A stretch of 63,969 nucleotides of DNA, filler included, from Folioceros fuciformis (GCA_049999805.1; 7 parts of 7 records of this genome joined end to end with filler, not necessarily neighbours in it), one strand, 5' to 3'. Shown: positions 10,242-22,755, counted from the whole stretch's first letter. Made by a program: numbers and translations. The notes: generated by a model not told the origin, from the letters alone.

Positions 10242-11989
10242 ATGGCCGTTTTCGAGTGGGGCAGTTTTGAAGCGGCTGCTGCCTCCCCATGCTACCAGCT
10301 CCCTGCGTCTTGCGTGGGGATAGGCATGGCTGCTTTGCGAGAGTTGCTGCCCTTGCTGCCCGCCTTTCGTTCTGCGGGAGCCTCGACACCTAGCTCTCCT
10401 TCCATCGTGTGGGTCCGTGGGAGTGAAAGAAACGTTTCTTCTTGCCGATGTGCTTCATCGCCGCCTTTCTCCAGGTGTTTGTGAGTCTGCCGTGGTGCAG
10501 TGTGCTGGAGAGCGTGGGGTTGCTCACTCCATGGTGGTGGTTGGTGATGATGTGTGACTGGGCGACGTGGTGTGTAGGAAGGATCGGTTCAAGCCTAACA
10601 AAAGCCTTGTGCAAGACCACGGTCTATCAATTGAGGGGGTTGAATCACGGGCTTGTGACCTGGTTACGGATGCGACACCGGCAGCGGATACTGACTCCGC
10701 ATTGCTTGCGGTGGGTGCCGGTGCCGAGGCTTGTTCCGATTCTCTCATGGATGTGCAGGTAGGTATCTAGGTCTGCGTCGTTTTTTCCCCATCAGTCATG
10801 CATGCATGTTGATATGAGCTTTTGAGGCTTGTAAGGATTTGATGAGGCTGAAGCAACAACCGTACTGTGGTTGGCAGGTGTTGGACCAGAAGGTGCTTGG
10901 TGGAATCCAGTCCCGTCCTGAAGAGCTGTTTGGTATGGCTTTACGCCCCATCAGAGTGGCAGTGAAGCTGTGTTGTAGTGCATGCCTATTGAAGATCTGT
11001 CATTTCGGCTCTAGGTCCTAACTCTAACCTGGCTGTTGCAGTGGAGGCTAGAATCAGTAATGCTCTCCCTCAAGAGATGGAATCAACCTCGCTGCCAGGG
11101 CATGTTGCAATCATCATGGATGGCAATTCGAGGTGGGCTTCCAGGAAAGGCTGGCCAGCAAGTGTGGGTCACGAGATGGGAGTTAGAGCGTTGAGGAAGG
11201 TGATTAAGCTGTCCTGTAAATGGGGGATACCAGCGCTCACAGTCTTCGCTTTTTCTTCAGAAAACTGGCGTCGACCCAAGGTGCGTCTCTGATCTGAACT
11301 TTTGAGCAGGGTGTAAGTTGCAACATGGTCGGGTAGAGTCGATCCAGTAGCCTGATGTGTCTCCTACTTCCTGCAGATTGAAATAGCGTTTCTGATGGAC
11401 CTGTTTGAGCGGGTCCTGGAGCAAGAGCTCATCAACCTGATCAAGTGAGTGCCTGAAGGCTTTAAGCTTGACCGAGGACTACTCCTTGCTGCTCCTCACG
11501 ATCGTCCTGCTTTACGAATCGGAACTTGGTGGGTGCAGGGAGGATATCCGCGTTGCCGTCATGGGAGATTTGTCACTCCTTCCTCCATCCCTCAGAACCC
11601 TCATCCTCCGAGCTTGTGACAGCACACGAGCCAACAAAGGACTCAAACTCACTGTTGCCCTCAGCTACAGCGGACGACAGGACATTGCCCAAGCCTGCAG
11701 ACGCCTGGCCATCAAAGTGGCTGACGGGACTCTGCAGGCGTCTGACATCACAGAGAGGGTTGTGGAGCAGGAGTTGGGAACGAGCTGGATGGAAGAATTG
11801 CGGGATCCCGACCTGCTCATTCGCACCAGCGGGGAGCAGAGGTTGAGCAACTTCATGCTCTGGCAAATTGCGTACACCGAGCTCTACTTCAGCAACTCCC
11901 TTTGGCCCGACTTCGGGGAAGCGGAGTACGCGGCTGCCATTGAAAGCTACAGGCATCGGGATCGGAGGTTTGGTCGACGAACATCTTAA
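10242..11989 (+). CDS. cis-prenyltransferase (UPPS/DHDDS family), probably plastid-targeted, about 6 exons
   Basis: HVAIIMDGNSRWA, TVFAFSSENWRRPK, LSYSGRQDI, PDLLIRTSGEQRLSNFMLWQ, LWPDF, C-terminal RRFG; exons 10878-10932, 11042-11280, 11377-11444, 11539-11989 splice in frame; start either 10242 or 10326. Confidence 0.9.
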
Positions 11990-12438
11990 ATGGGATGCCC
12001 ATCTCCTGTACATATATGCGTCCACGAGCCTAAGACGACCAACGGTGCTAGCTGTTGTCCTGAATGAGGGAAAGACGCAGGTTGGAACGTTCCTAGAAAT
12101 CTTCGATGGCTGAAAGCAAGACGCTCTCAAACTAGCAAGATGTGCTGATGTAGTCGAAGCAGAAGTATGCTGCCGTACCCTCCGTAAATCAGCTGTGTTC
12201 CGCTTACACTCCAATACATATGAGTCATAGCCATACTCGCATCTCAAGATCAGGTATATAGGAATGTTGGATTCGCTTAAGAGTCCTTGACGTGAATTTT
12301 AGTGACCTAGGTGAAATTTTAATGGATGAGAATTGCAAATGCAAGTTACCTTGAAGTTTGTGGCTGCAGTTTGCCCTCTTGTTTGTATTGCAGATTTCAC
12401 ACTACACATAGCCCTACAGGTTTAGGGTGCGGATTCCC

Positions 12439-12582
12439 TTGGTACAAGCTATGTGGAACCCTTGGACATTGTGTTGCACGTGACCAGATCCAGTTTAGTT
12501 GCAAAAACCCTTGGTACAAGCTATGTNNNNNNNNNNTTGGACATTTTGTTGCACGTGACCAGATCCAGTTTAGTTGCAAAAA
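12439..12582. repeat. ~72-bp tandem repeat spanning a small N gap
   Basis: TTGGTACAAGCTATGT and TTGGACATT(G/T)TGTTGCACGTGACCAGATCCAGTTTAGTTGCAAAAAC each seen twice; may be a gap overlap artefact. Confidence 0.55.
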
Positions 12583-13439
12583 CTGTTGCTTCTACCTCCA
12601 ACCTTGTCTTCCATATCTCCTTGCAACTTACCATTGCAGCTTGCTTTGTAGGTTGCATATTCCAATCGTAGTCTCTGAAAATGCCTTCCATACCGTTATG
12701 TGTGTTGTGCAAGCTTTGCATGTTGCCTGGGACAATGCATGTGCAAAGGGCTTGGAGGGTATGAACCTCCTCCCCGACATGTATCAGCTTCACTTGGCTT
12801 TAACGACGCTGCGCAGAGAGTGCAAGAGCAGGATGAAGCCATTGAAGGTGTACCTGCAGTCAAAGACGGAGGAGGAGTCCACTCCATGGGCATGGAGCAA
12901 CATTTGCCTTCTTCAGTCTTCGCAATAGTGTGGGGTCTTCTTGTAGAGGCCCATGGAGTCTGTGATTTTGTCTGAAACTGTTGTTGGGTTATTTTGCCCT
13001 CGTAGGCTAGGAATAAAGAGTATATGGTTCTATTCTCCCTATTGTATGGTTCCATTCCTCTTACCTTTTTGTAGCCAAAGGTGTTGCAACATGATTGTTG
13101 CCTCAAGAAAGATGGACTTTGATTGGCCATGAATCTTGCCTTGAGGGAAAATGGACTTGGTTCACTTGAAGGAGGTCATAGCGAGCACGATGACTTGGTT
13201 CACATCATGTGCCCCCATCTTTGTTGGGTGATGGCCAGACTAGGATGCTCTAATAGCCACATATTGTTGATATGGTCATGTCTATTAGGTTAAAAATATG
13301 GGAATGTATGCTATAGGGGGTGTCCATATTGGTATTCCACAAGCGAGTCCAATTCTACTTTCTTCCTTTTCAAGATTTGTTCTCCAGGAGTATAAGAAGA
13401 AGAAGAAGAAGAAGTTGCTAACATAGAGAGGCACTGAAG

Positions 13440-13647
13440 CTTACAAGCACTAACCCTGGAGAGAGGCACAGCAGCACACAAGCAATAATTTTGGAGAGAT
13501 GCATAATAGCACACAAGCATAACCCTAGAGAGAGGCACAATAGCACATAAACAATAACCTAGAGAGAGGCACATTAGCACACAGGAAACAATAACTTGGA
13601 GAAAGGCACAATAGCACACAAGCAATAACTCTAGAGAGATGCACAGT
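13440..13647. repeat. ~32-34 bp degenerate tandem repeat (about 6 units)
   Basis: Recurring GAGAGAGGCACA(A/T)TAGCACACAAGCAATAAC. Confidence 0.7.
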
Positions 13648-14098
13648 AGTTGTGGACTGAAATTTTGTGTTCGGGGTCACTGCAAGGTCCACACTAACCC
13701 TCTATGTCGTTGTAGCCATAGGATTCGCTCCCAAGGGAATGATTTGTGCCAAGTAACATAGGTTTCTTCTACTACAGACTCTTACCCAGGTCAGGCCTTA
13801 TCCACTACTGGTTCTACTACCTACTATGCCCTACCACTACCCCTCAGTTAGCCTAGCTACCGCGAACCCTACTCTACGACTCCGGGTCCTACTCTACGAC
13901 TGCGGTCACTGGTTTCGTGACCGGTAGTGGTCTCCACGACCGTGCTGGGTCCCACCTAAAACCCTAACTAATATTTTCCGGCGCACGCGCCACCGTGGTT
14001 TTCCACCACGGGTTTCTACCCCAAGGGCTTCCAGACTCATAGATTTGGTCTTATCGGATGCTCTCCACATATGCAAATGCCAATCCTTGGGGGGGCAA

Positions 14099-17000
14099 TG
14101 TAGGGTTATTAAAGCCCAATGTGCTTAGACTAATGTTTTTAGTCTAAAATTAGTGTGTAGTTAAGTATAATTAGTTTAGATTAGCTTAAGCTAATATATA
14201 GGAAGCTTCTTGTGCAACTTCCTGTGTGCTTCTTGTGAAGCTTCCTTGGGAGCTCTTCTAGAGGGTATAAATATGCCCTTGAGCTCCTTGCTATAGAGAC
14301 TCTGTGTGAGAGTGTGACCTCTCTTTCTCCTCTCCTCCTTCACCATGTAGCTTCTCTAGCGATCCTTCAACTGGTATCAAAGCAGATGCAGAGCAAGATA
14401 GTGATGTCCATAGGTGGTGAGGACAAGATGAGGATGGCAACATCGGAGTGAACGGAAGTCCGTGTGTGGCATCCAGGGTGCAGGGTCTCAACCCCACTAT
14501 GCTCAGGTCATGGCAGCGCGAAGCGGGAGCGGGAGCGCGGGGCACGAGTGCTGCCGTGCCGCAAGAGGTGTCTGCCCCGGGGGGCCATTCGCACCAGACG
14601 CCCGGGGCGCGGGTGTTTAGGATGCCGTAGGCCGCAGGCGCTGCCAGCACACTAGGTGCGGGCGCGGGGAGCACCTGGCCCGCGGGGGCGCTGCCAGAGT
14701 CCCCACGGGCGGGCCATTAGGCCTCCAACGGGGGCGCCCGACCCGCCTAGGGGCGCCAATCGGCGCCATGCCCTCCGAGCGCCGGAGCGTCGGGGCGCAG
14801 CTAGTCCGCCAGATCGCGGGGCACCGCTGGACGCAGGAGTCGTAGACGCCACGATAGTCGAGGCGCGGGTGACGCAAGTAAACGCGGGATTGCAGGCGAC
14901 GAAGAGCCAACACCGAGAGCGAGGGTGCGGGTGCCGAATCGATCCCAGCCGCTGAAGTCAGGATCTTGATCGGACAACGGGAGACATTCCAGTTGTGAGC
15001 GATCGAGGCCTAAATTGTGATTGTAAACAACCAATTCGGAACGAGTTGTGAGAGTAACAAAATCTACATTACTTTCCGGCAGTTTCTAACTAGCCTTTTG
15101 CTTGATTTGCATCGATTTTGAATCATGACGTCCTCAGAAAACGTCATGTTCAATATCGAGAAGTTAGAGGATACTAACTTCCCGTTCTTGAAAGAACAAG
15201 TGTATAATGTTCTAGTGTAGAAGAACTAGATCAAGCCTATAAAGTTGCTAGGAGTGAAACCTGTTAGCATGACTCAAGATGAGTGGCAGCTCGGGTGTTA
15301 CGAGCTATGGCAGAAGTTGTGTGACCTGTATGAGAAGCAGAGTGCAGCTTCTCAGGAAGAAAAATACATTTTCTTGACTTAGGAGCCAACTTGTCCCAAA
15401 ACTCCTTAGGAACATGGGAGTATGCCTCGCAGCCAAACACTCGTAGATGCTTATAAGATTGGGCTCCCCTCCTGCGGCCGAGGCCTGCCCGCTCCCCCGC
15501 GGGCTTGCGGCCTCGCCGATTGAGCCTGCCCACGCCCCGTAGGCTGGCTCCGGTATGACAGGCACCTGAGCGCACTGTGCCCGACAGCGCGCCCAAGCCT
15601 CGGCGTCCCCCGAGGTATGGCAGGCACTTGGGAGCACTGCGCCCGCGGCGCCCTCTTGCTCCCGTGGCTGGGTCTCCCGCTCCGGTTCCTACTCCCGCTC
15701 CCGCACTGCAATACCCGTACTTCAATGTGAAAGACAAGACCACAAGTTATGAGCTATGGCAGAAGTTGTGTGATCTGTATGAGAAGCAAAGTGCGGCTTC
15801 TCAACTGTACTGGTTGAAACAGCTGGTGGACTTGAAGATGAAGGAAGGGACGAGGATGTCCGATCATCTGAATGGGTTCAATACCATTTTCAGCCAGCTC
15901 TCATCTCAAGGTATCTCGTTCCCAGATTCCGTGAGAGCTATGTTTGTGTTGGTCACATTACCAGAGAGTTGGGACACCTTTCGTATAGCTCTGAGTAATT
16001 CCGTTCCTGCTAGTGGTCTTACCGTTGTAAATGTAGAAGGTAGCCTATTAACAGAGGAGGTGAACAGGAAGAATATGGAACCTTCGAAAGGTTCCAATGC
16101 CCTCATGGTGAGAGGAAGGTTCACTTCAAAGGGGAAGCACAAGGAGCAAAGTCTTTCCCGAAGAAAATCTCGTAGTCGTAACAATGTTGAGTGTTATCAT
16201 TGTCACAAGAAGGGACTACAAGAAGTTCAAGAAGGACAAAGGAAAGGAGAAGAAGCAGAGCGACAACAAGGCAAGTCCAAGTATCAAGCCTAACGAGGTG
16301 AATTCTATTGACGATGGAGATGTTCTTATCTCTTCTTTCTTCGATTCTGCACAACTGACAGCCGTGGAGAGTCACTTTTTCTCTAATTGGATAATTGACT
16401 CTGGAGCATCTTTCCATGTTACTCCGCATAGGGAGTGGTTTAGCACTTATGATGCTACTAGGAAAGGATGTGTTTGGCTTGGAAATAACTACCCATGCGA
16501 GACTGCAGGCGTTGGTGATGTGCAGCTGAAGTTTGACAACAGGTCTTCATTCGTATTGAAGGATGTTAGGCATGTTCCAAAGTTGACAAAAAGCATGATT
16601 AGCGCAGAGCAGTTGGATGAAGCTAGCTACCACTGTTGGTTTGAAGATAATTCTTGGAAGATCTCCAAAGGTTCTCTTGTGTTAGCTCGTGGATCGAAGT
16701 GTGGCACTTTGTACTCACTTCAGGTGACCCTTGTCAAGGATCATGTCATTTGTGTAACAGAACAGCCAAATGTTTCTTTGTGGCATTGTCGGTTAGGACA
16801 TATGTCTCAAAAAGGAATGAAGATGCTATCTCGTTTTGGTTACGTCCCTGCTTTTGACTTCTTTGATTTCTCCGTGTGTGAGCATTGTTTGTATGGGAAA
16901 CAGACGAAATCGCCACATGGAGCAAGAGATAAACACAAAAGTAAACCTCTTGAATTGGTTCACAGTGACGTTTGTGTTTAGGGTGCCCACTGTATCGTTA

Positions 17001-20000
17001 GGCGGTGCATCCTATTTCGTCACTTTCATAGATGATTTCTCACGCAAGGTGTGGGTTTATCCCTTGAGGAAAAAAGATGATGTTCTACGTAGGCTGAAAC
17101 CCTTGCCCCCGATGGGAGGACCTGTGAACTTCATCCGTAGCTTAACACCTCGCGAGGACGGAACAGCCAAGGTATGCCTGTGTCGGAGACGAATACTGTA
17201 CCCACAACGACGAAACCTATTTGCGAAGCATGATCTTACATCTTATCCAGATACCCTACCCTATCTGCTGTGTTTGCTGCCATATTGGCTACTCTGTCTG
17301 ACGTCGTTGCAGCCAGATTGTCAAGAGTCATCACCCTTGTGGAGAATCAGTTTGACCTCCGACTAAAGTGTCTAAGGACAGACAATGGGGGAAAGTATGT
17401 TTCAAAGGCTTTCCAGTCATTCTGTGATTCCAAGGGAATCAAGAGAGCGTTGACTGCCCCGTATACTCCTCCCCAGAATGGTGTGGCTGAACGGATGAAT
17501 AGGAGACCATTCAAGAAAGGATGCGTAGTTTGTTGTCAAACTCTAGATTGTCTAACGGATTTTGGGCAGAAGCAGTGGTTACTACGGTGCATCTTATTAA
17601 CAGATCTCTTAATAAGTCTATGGATGAGCAAGTTCCAGAGGAGATGTGGTTTGGAAAGAAGCTATCATACAAGCATCTACGAGTGTTTGGCTGCGAGGCA
17701 TACTACCATGTTCCGAAGGAGTTTCGAAACAAGTTGGCTCTCAAGTCGTGAAAATGTATTTTTCTTGGCTATGGTGAATCTGGTGAGATGAGATACCGTC
17801 TATGGGATCTAGAGGCCAAGAAGGTTGTTTGCAGCAATGACGTGTTCTTCAATGAGACCAAGATGCATAAGAAGCCTACTTCAACTGTGGAGGTGCGACG
17901 GGTGGTCTTCCAAGAAGATGTGAAGGATCGCTTCAGGAGCTACATGAGGAAGGAGGAGAGGAGAAAAGAGAGGTTACTCTCTCACACAAAGTCTCAATAG
18001 CAAGGGAGCTGTAGGGGTATTTATACCCTCTAGAAGAGCTCCCTAGGAAGCTACATAAGAAGCGCACAAGAAGCTGCGCAAGAAGATTCCTATAGATTAG
18101 CTTAAGCTAATCTAAACTAATGGTACTTAATTAGACACTAATCTTAGACTAAACACATTAGTCTAAGCACATTGGGCTTTATTAACCCTACAACCTCCCA
18201 CTTAAAGGCCAATTTACCTTCATAGGAGAGCGGTCTACCTCATGCCCATGAGTGTTCGAGCTTGTGCGAATTGCTCCGAAGAAATCCCCTTGGGAAGAAC
18301 ATGTGCAGGGTTCTAACTGATGTGAACTTTGACAAGCTGTACCCTCTTGTCTTCCAACACCTCTTGAATGAAGTGATACTTCACTTCCACATGTTTGGTC
18401 TTCGCATGAAACACTGGATTCTTCGCCAATTGGATAGCACTCTGGCTGTCACAATGCAACAATGGCAACTCAACCTTGATTCCCAAATCTCCCACTAAAC
18501 GAGCAAGCTACATGGCTTCCTTGCAAGCCTCAGTCGCTGCAACATACTCTGCCTCTGTGGTAGATAGCGTTATGCACGATTGCAAACGAGATCGCCATGA
18601 GACTACCCCTCTAATGCACACAAAGACATAACCTGATGTGGACCACATTTTGTTTGGGGGTCTGACGGCGCCTGTCTCGGGCGCCTGGCGCCCCGGCCGA
18701 GGTGGTGCCCTTGCTACGGGGCCTGGCACCCCTCCTGAGGCCTGGTGCCTGCGGGCCGGCCGGGGACCTTAGTGCCCCGCGGCCTCGGCGTCCCCCGAGG
18801 GATGGTAGGTACATGGGTGCACTGTGCCCGGCGGCCTCTTGCACCCGCGGCCCCCTCCTGCTCCTGCGGCCAAGTCTCCGGCTCCGACTCCAGCTCTCGC
18901 TCCCGCTCCCGCACTGCAAGGGGGTTGAAGACCTTGCACCCAGCAGCGTGTTCACTCCGAAGCCGCCTTGTGCACTTTGTCCGTAGCAACGAGGGCCATC
19001 ACCCTTGCTCCACAACCTGCTCTGATACCACTTGAAGGATCGCTCCAGGAGCTACATGGTGAAGGAGGAGAGGAGGAGGCAAGGAGGAGAGGAGAAAAGA
19101 GAGGTCACTATCTCGCACAGAGTCTCAATAGCAAGGGAGCTATAGGGGTATTTATACCCTCTAGAAGAGCTCCCTATGAAGCTTCACAAGAAGCGCACAA
19201 GAAACTGCGCAAGAAGCGTCCTACAGATTAGCTTTAGCTAATCTAAACTAATGGTACTTAACTAGACACTAATCTTAGACTAAACACATTAGTCTAAGCA
19301 CATTGGGCTTTATTAACCATACAAGATGGACTTGACCGTCTCGCGCAGGTTGAACGTGGTGATGTGCAGGAATAAGTTCCTCCACTTGTAGAAGAGGAGA
19401 GGGTGCAACCATCTCTGGTCGAGGTGCCAGTGCTTCGTAGGTCAGGAAGGATTTCACGTCCTCTTGACACGTATGTTGATCTCTTGATTATGTCATGCTA
19501 ACAGATTGTAGGGAGCCCTCTTGTTATCAAGAGGCCATGTCAGTGACTAACAAGGACAAGTAGGAGAAGGCGATGCAGTCGCAGATGGATTCGCTCCATA
19601 AGAACCAAACTTGGCAGTTGGTTCAGTTGCCTAGGGGCAAGAAGGCGTTGCCATGCAAATACATGTATAAGATGAAGGACATACCCCATTATGGCAAACC
19701 CAAGTACAAGGCATGATTGGTTGCTAAGGGTTTTAAGCGACAGCAAGGTATTGACTTTGATGAGATTTTCTCACCAGTTATCAAAATGACTACTTTGTGA
19801 TGTGTTCTTGCTCTGGTTGCGAGGAACGACATGGAACTTGTCCAGATGGATGTGAAGTCGGCATTTTTGCATGGTGATCTCTAGGAAGAGGTATACATGC
19901 AACAACAAGAGGGTTTCATTGAGAAAGGCAAAAAGAATCTGGTGTGCAGGTTGAAGAAGAGCCTTTATGGTTTGAAGCAGGCACCCAGGGAGTGGTATTT

Positions 20001-20108
20001 CAAGTTCCACTCATTTATGCTTTCTCAAGGCTACAAGCGTAGCGATGAGGATCATTGCCTCTATACGAAGCAAGCTAAGGATGGAAGCTTGCTCATTCTG
20101 GTCCTCTA
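14099..20108 (+). mobile_element. Ty1/copia family A, copy 1 (degenerate, 3' truncated in RT); 5' LTR 14099-14369, PBS 14372-14383, gag ATG 15125
   Basis: TG...CA 271-bp LTR, PBS TGGTATCAAAGC, gag UBN2 and CCHC remnant, protease WIIDSGAS, GAG-pre-integrase LWHCRLGH, integrase RTDNGG, RT YGLKQAPREW; multiple stops and frameshifts. Confidence 0.93.
17921..19323 (-). mobile_element. Non-autonomous 1.4-kb deletion derivative of copia family A nested in copy 1 (LTRs 17921-18192 and 19033-19323)
   Basis: 5-bp TSD AGATG at 17916-17920 and 19324-19328; PBS reverse complement at 19019-19030; PPT reverse complement at 18193-18203; internal part is only a GC-rich leader plus RNase H tail. Confidence 0.93.
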
Positions 20109-21406
20109 GAGTGTCATTATTGTGTTGTACGCTTATCACGACCATCTTGTTGTATTGTGCTTCTCGACTATCCTTACTATTATTACTGCGCTTTCTTATG
20201 CTCTTTTTACTATTTATATTATATTATATTATATGTATAGTATTAGTATATTAATATTATATTAATATTTAGGGTTGTGTGTTGTTGCTTGTTGATCTAT
20301 ACTCATAGGGGACACGTAGGTGGCTTTCTCATTGCTTTTTCTTCTTATTTGTGAGCTACTTGTGTATGAAGCTCTTGTTGTGATAGTTTGCATCTTTGTT
20401 CGTCTATGTAGTGTATTTGGATCTTGAGAAGCTTCCTAGTCTATATAAAGGGCCTCTCTTGGGCTCGTAATAGAGTGTCATTATTGTGTTGTACGCTTAT
20501 TATAGATAGAGTTAGGATTATTTATTTAGTATTTATTAATCAGCCTTTATTTAATTAGTGAAACACTAGATTATTAAGGGTGCAACGTAGCGTCGTGACC
20601 TGAATTAGAACGACACGTTTTAGGGGCACCATGAACCGAGGCCTCTGCCCTTTATCAGGCCAAATATCCCTAACAACAATTAATCAGTTTTTCTCTTGTG
20701 CCTTCTTGATTCTCAGCATCTATTGATCCTACAACTAGTTCTTTGTGGTATCAGAGTTAGCATAATGGATCCTGCCATGCCACCAAAAATCTATGAGGCC
20801 TGCTAGAGCACAAATTTCATTAACAATCTCTCCTATGATCAATTCATAGCAGTAGTTTCTGGTCTCAAAGCAGCCCTCACCCGTTTGGGTAGCATGACGG
20901 ATGTATTTCTCCCCACTCGTTTTCTACTTGTGTTTTCAGTGATAGTTTGCTTGTTTGTTAGCTACTTGTGTATGAAGCTCTTGTTGTGATCTTAGCACCT
21001 TTCATCGTTTTCTACTTGTGTTTTCGTTGATAGTTTGCATCTTTGTTCATCTATGCAGTGTATTGGGATCTTGAGGAGCTTCCTAGTCTATATAAAGGGC
21101 CTCTCTTGGGCTCGTAGTAGAGTGTCATTATTGTGTTGTGCGCTTATCATGACCATCTTGTTGTATTGTGCTTCTCGACTATCCTTACTATTATTACTGC
21201 GCTTTCTTATGCTCTTTTTATCATTTATATTTTATATTTAGGGTTGTGTGTTGTTGCTCGTTGATCTCTACCGGTGGGGGACACGTAGGTGGCTTTCTCA
21301 TTGCTTTTTCTTCTTGTTTGTTAGCTACTTGTGTATGAAGCTCTTGTTGTGATCTTGGCACCTTTCATCGTTCTCTACTTGTGTTTTCATTGATAGTTTG
21401 CATCAA
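20109..21406 (+). repeat. Tandemly repeated ~360-bp LTR-like units of another retroelement, plus a PBS at 20746 and a stub gag start
   Basis: TGATAGTTTGCATC recurs at about 20381, 21028 and 21391; TATA-like CTATATAAAGGG in two units; TGGTATCAGAG followed by ATGGATCCT. Confidence 0.6.
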
Positions 21407-22296
21407 TGTAACACATTCTTAGAACAACCTTAGTCTTACAACATCATTGCTAAATTCTCTACATAGGAGTTGGACATTGGTTACTCTTTGGTTTGGACAA
21501 TATGCATATAGTCATTTAGTTTTGGTTAAGATAGGTGAGCGTAGACTGCCATTTCTTGATAAGTATTTTAAGCTATATATGAGTAAGTGTTTTAAGCTAG
21601 ACAATGCTAGAGGTTATGCGCTTTGGTTAATATGTAAGTTGAGTTACTCGTTCACCTTTGTGGGTTGTCTATACATAGTTGTCCTTAAGGTTTGTTTAAT
21701 GCTGCTTTGAAAGCTCTCCTTCTGGTTTAAGAGGAGGGTATGATAGGAATAGTAGATTTTAAGGTTCATGCTTATATCAATCATCTTGTTACTTTACTTG
21801 TTGATGATCTTAGATGCACTCTCTTTTGCTTGTAATGGAGTGTTATTATTGTGTTTTATGTTTATCACAATCATATTGATACTGTGCTTCTTGATAATCT
21901 CGGTTATTGTTAGTATGCTTCTCAATGCTCTCTATTGTTGTTGCTTGATGTTCTCTATTGTTGTTGCTTATGCTCTCTATTGTTGTTGCTTGATGCTCTT
22001 TACTATTGTAACAAGGTCTAATCCAAATGGGCAAATTCCACAAAGCCCGTTTTGCGCTTTTTGAATTTGGTTTGATCTGCGCTCCATATCTGCATTTTAT
22101 CTCTTTTCCCGAAGAAGAAGGCCACCGACATGTTTGCATACTTTTTTTATTCAAAAAACGTGAATAACACAAAAACTATTCAGTACTCATTGTGAGTTTT
22201 CTTTACAAAACTTGTTATTTTGCAACTAGTGGATGTGGTGCGCCGGTTTACCGGCGCATGACCTATTTAAATAACACCATGTTCATGTTAAGGATG

Positions 22297-22755
22297 ATAG
22301 GCTCACACAAAAACAGGGTCATCCTGGTTGGCCTCGGAATCAATAACTACATCAAAATCTCTAAGCCGCTATGCATCCGTGTCGCTAAATTCATCGCCTC
22401 CAACACGTAGCATAGAAAAGTGGGGGTCATCTACTGTTTGGGGTGGCAAAGTACCATTCTCATCCCACACGGTGATGGCATAAAGGTCCTCTGTTGGCCT
22501 ATCATCATTCCGCGACATCACCTCTCCTTTCTTCCCCAATAGATTGAACACTTGCATTTTGCGGTCAACGCTGCCATCCCCACACACTTCTTTTGCCCAA
22601 AACTTGGATGGGCCACGTGTGAAAGATTTTGTCGTAATCTCTTCATTAGACTTAGGCAAAGACCTTAGACCGATAATCCGTTGCATGATATATGTAGTGC
22701 ACCTCACATTGAGATCGATAGCCACCGCATGCCTTCCATGTTGAACTGCACAATG
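22297..22755 (-). pseudogene. Coding relic whose 5' end resembles the C-terminal motif of beta-class N6-adenine/N4-cytosine DNA methyltransferases
   Basis: CAVQHGRHAVAIDLNVRCTTYIMQRI has the spacing of AxxxGRxxxGxE/D-x11-R; upstream motifs absent; in-frame TAG at 22369. Confidence 0.35.

Noticed and set aside
13440-13647. Repeat arrays here and at 6156, 12439 and 37445 as CRISPR-like arrays
   Set aside because: Units are contiguous and degenerate with no unique spacers; eukaryotic context, no cas genes
14088-14098. G-run before the 14099 LTR as a PPT making it a 3' LTR
   Set aside because: The LTR is followed by PBS and gag, and the family PPT is AAGTGGGAGG; the G-run more likely belongs to the older target sequence
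14291-15034. Multiple Pro/Arg/Gly/Ala-rich ORFs in copia leaders (also 26227-26977 and 18611-19035)
   Set aside because: Expected from stop-codon scarcity at very high GC; frames are not conserved between copies
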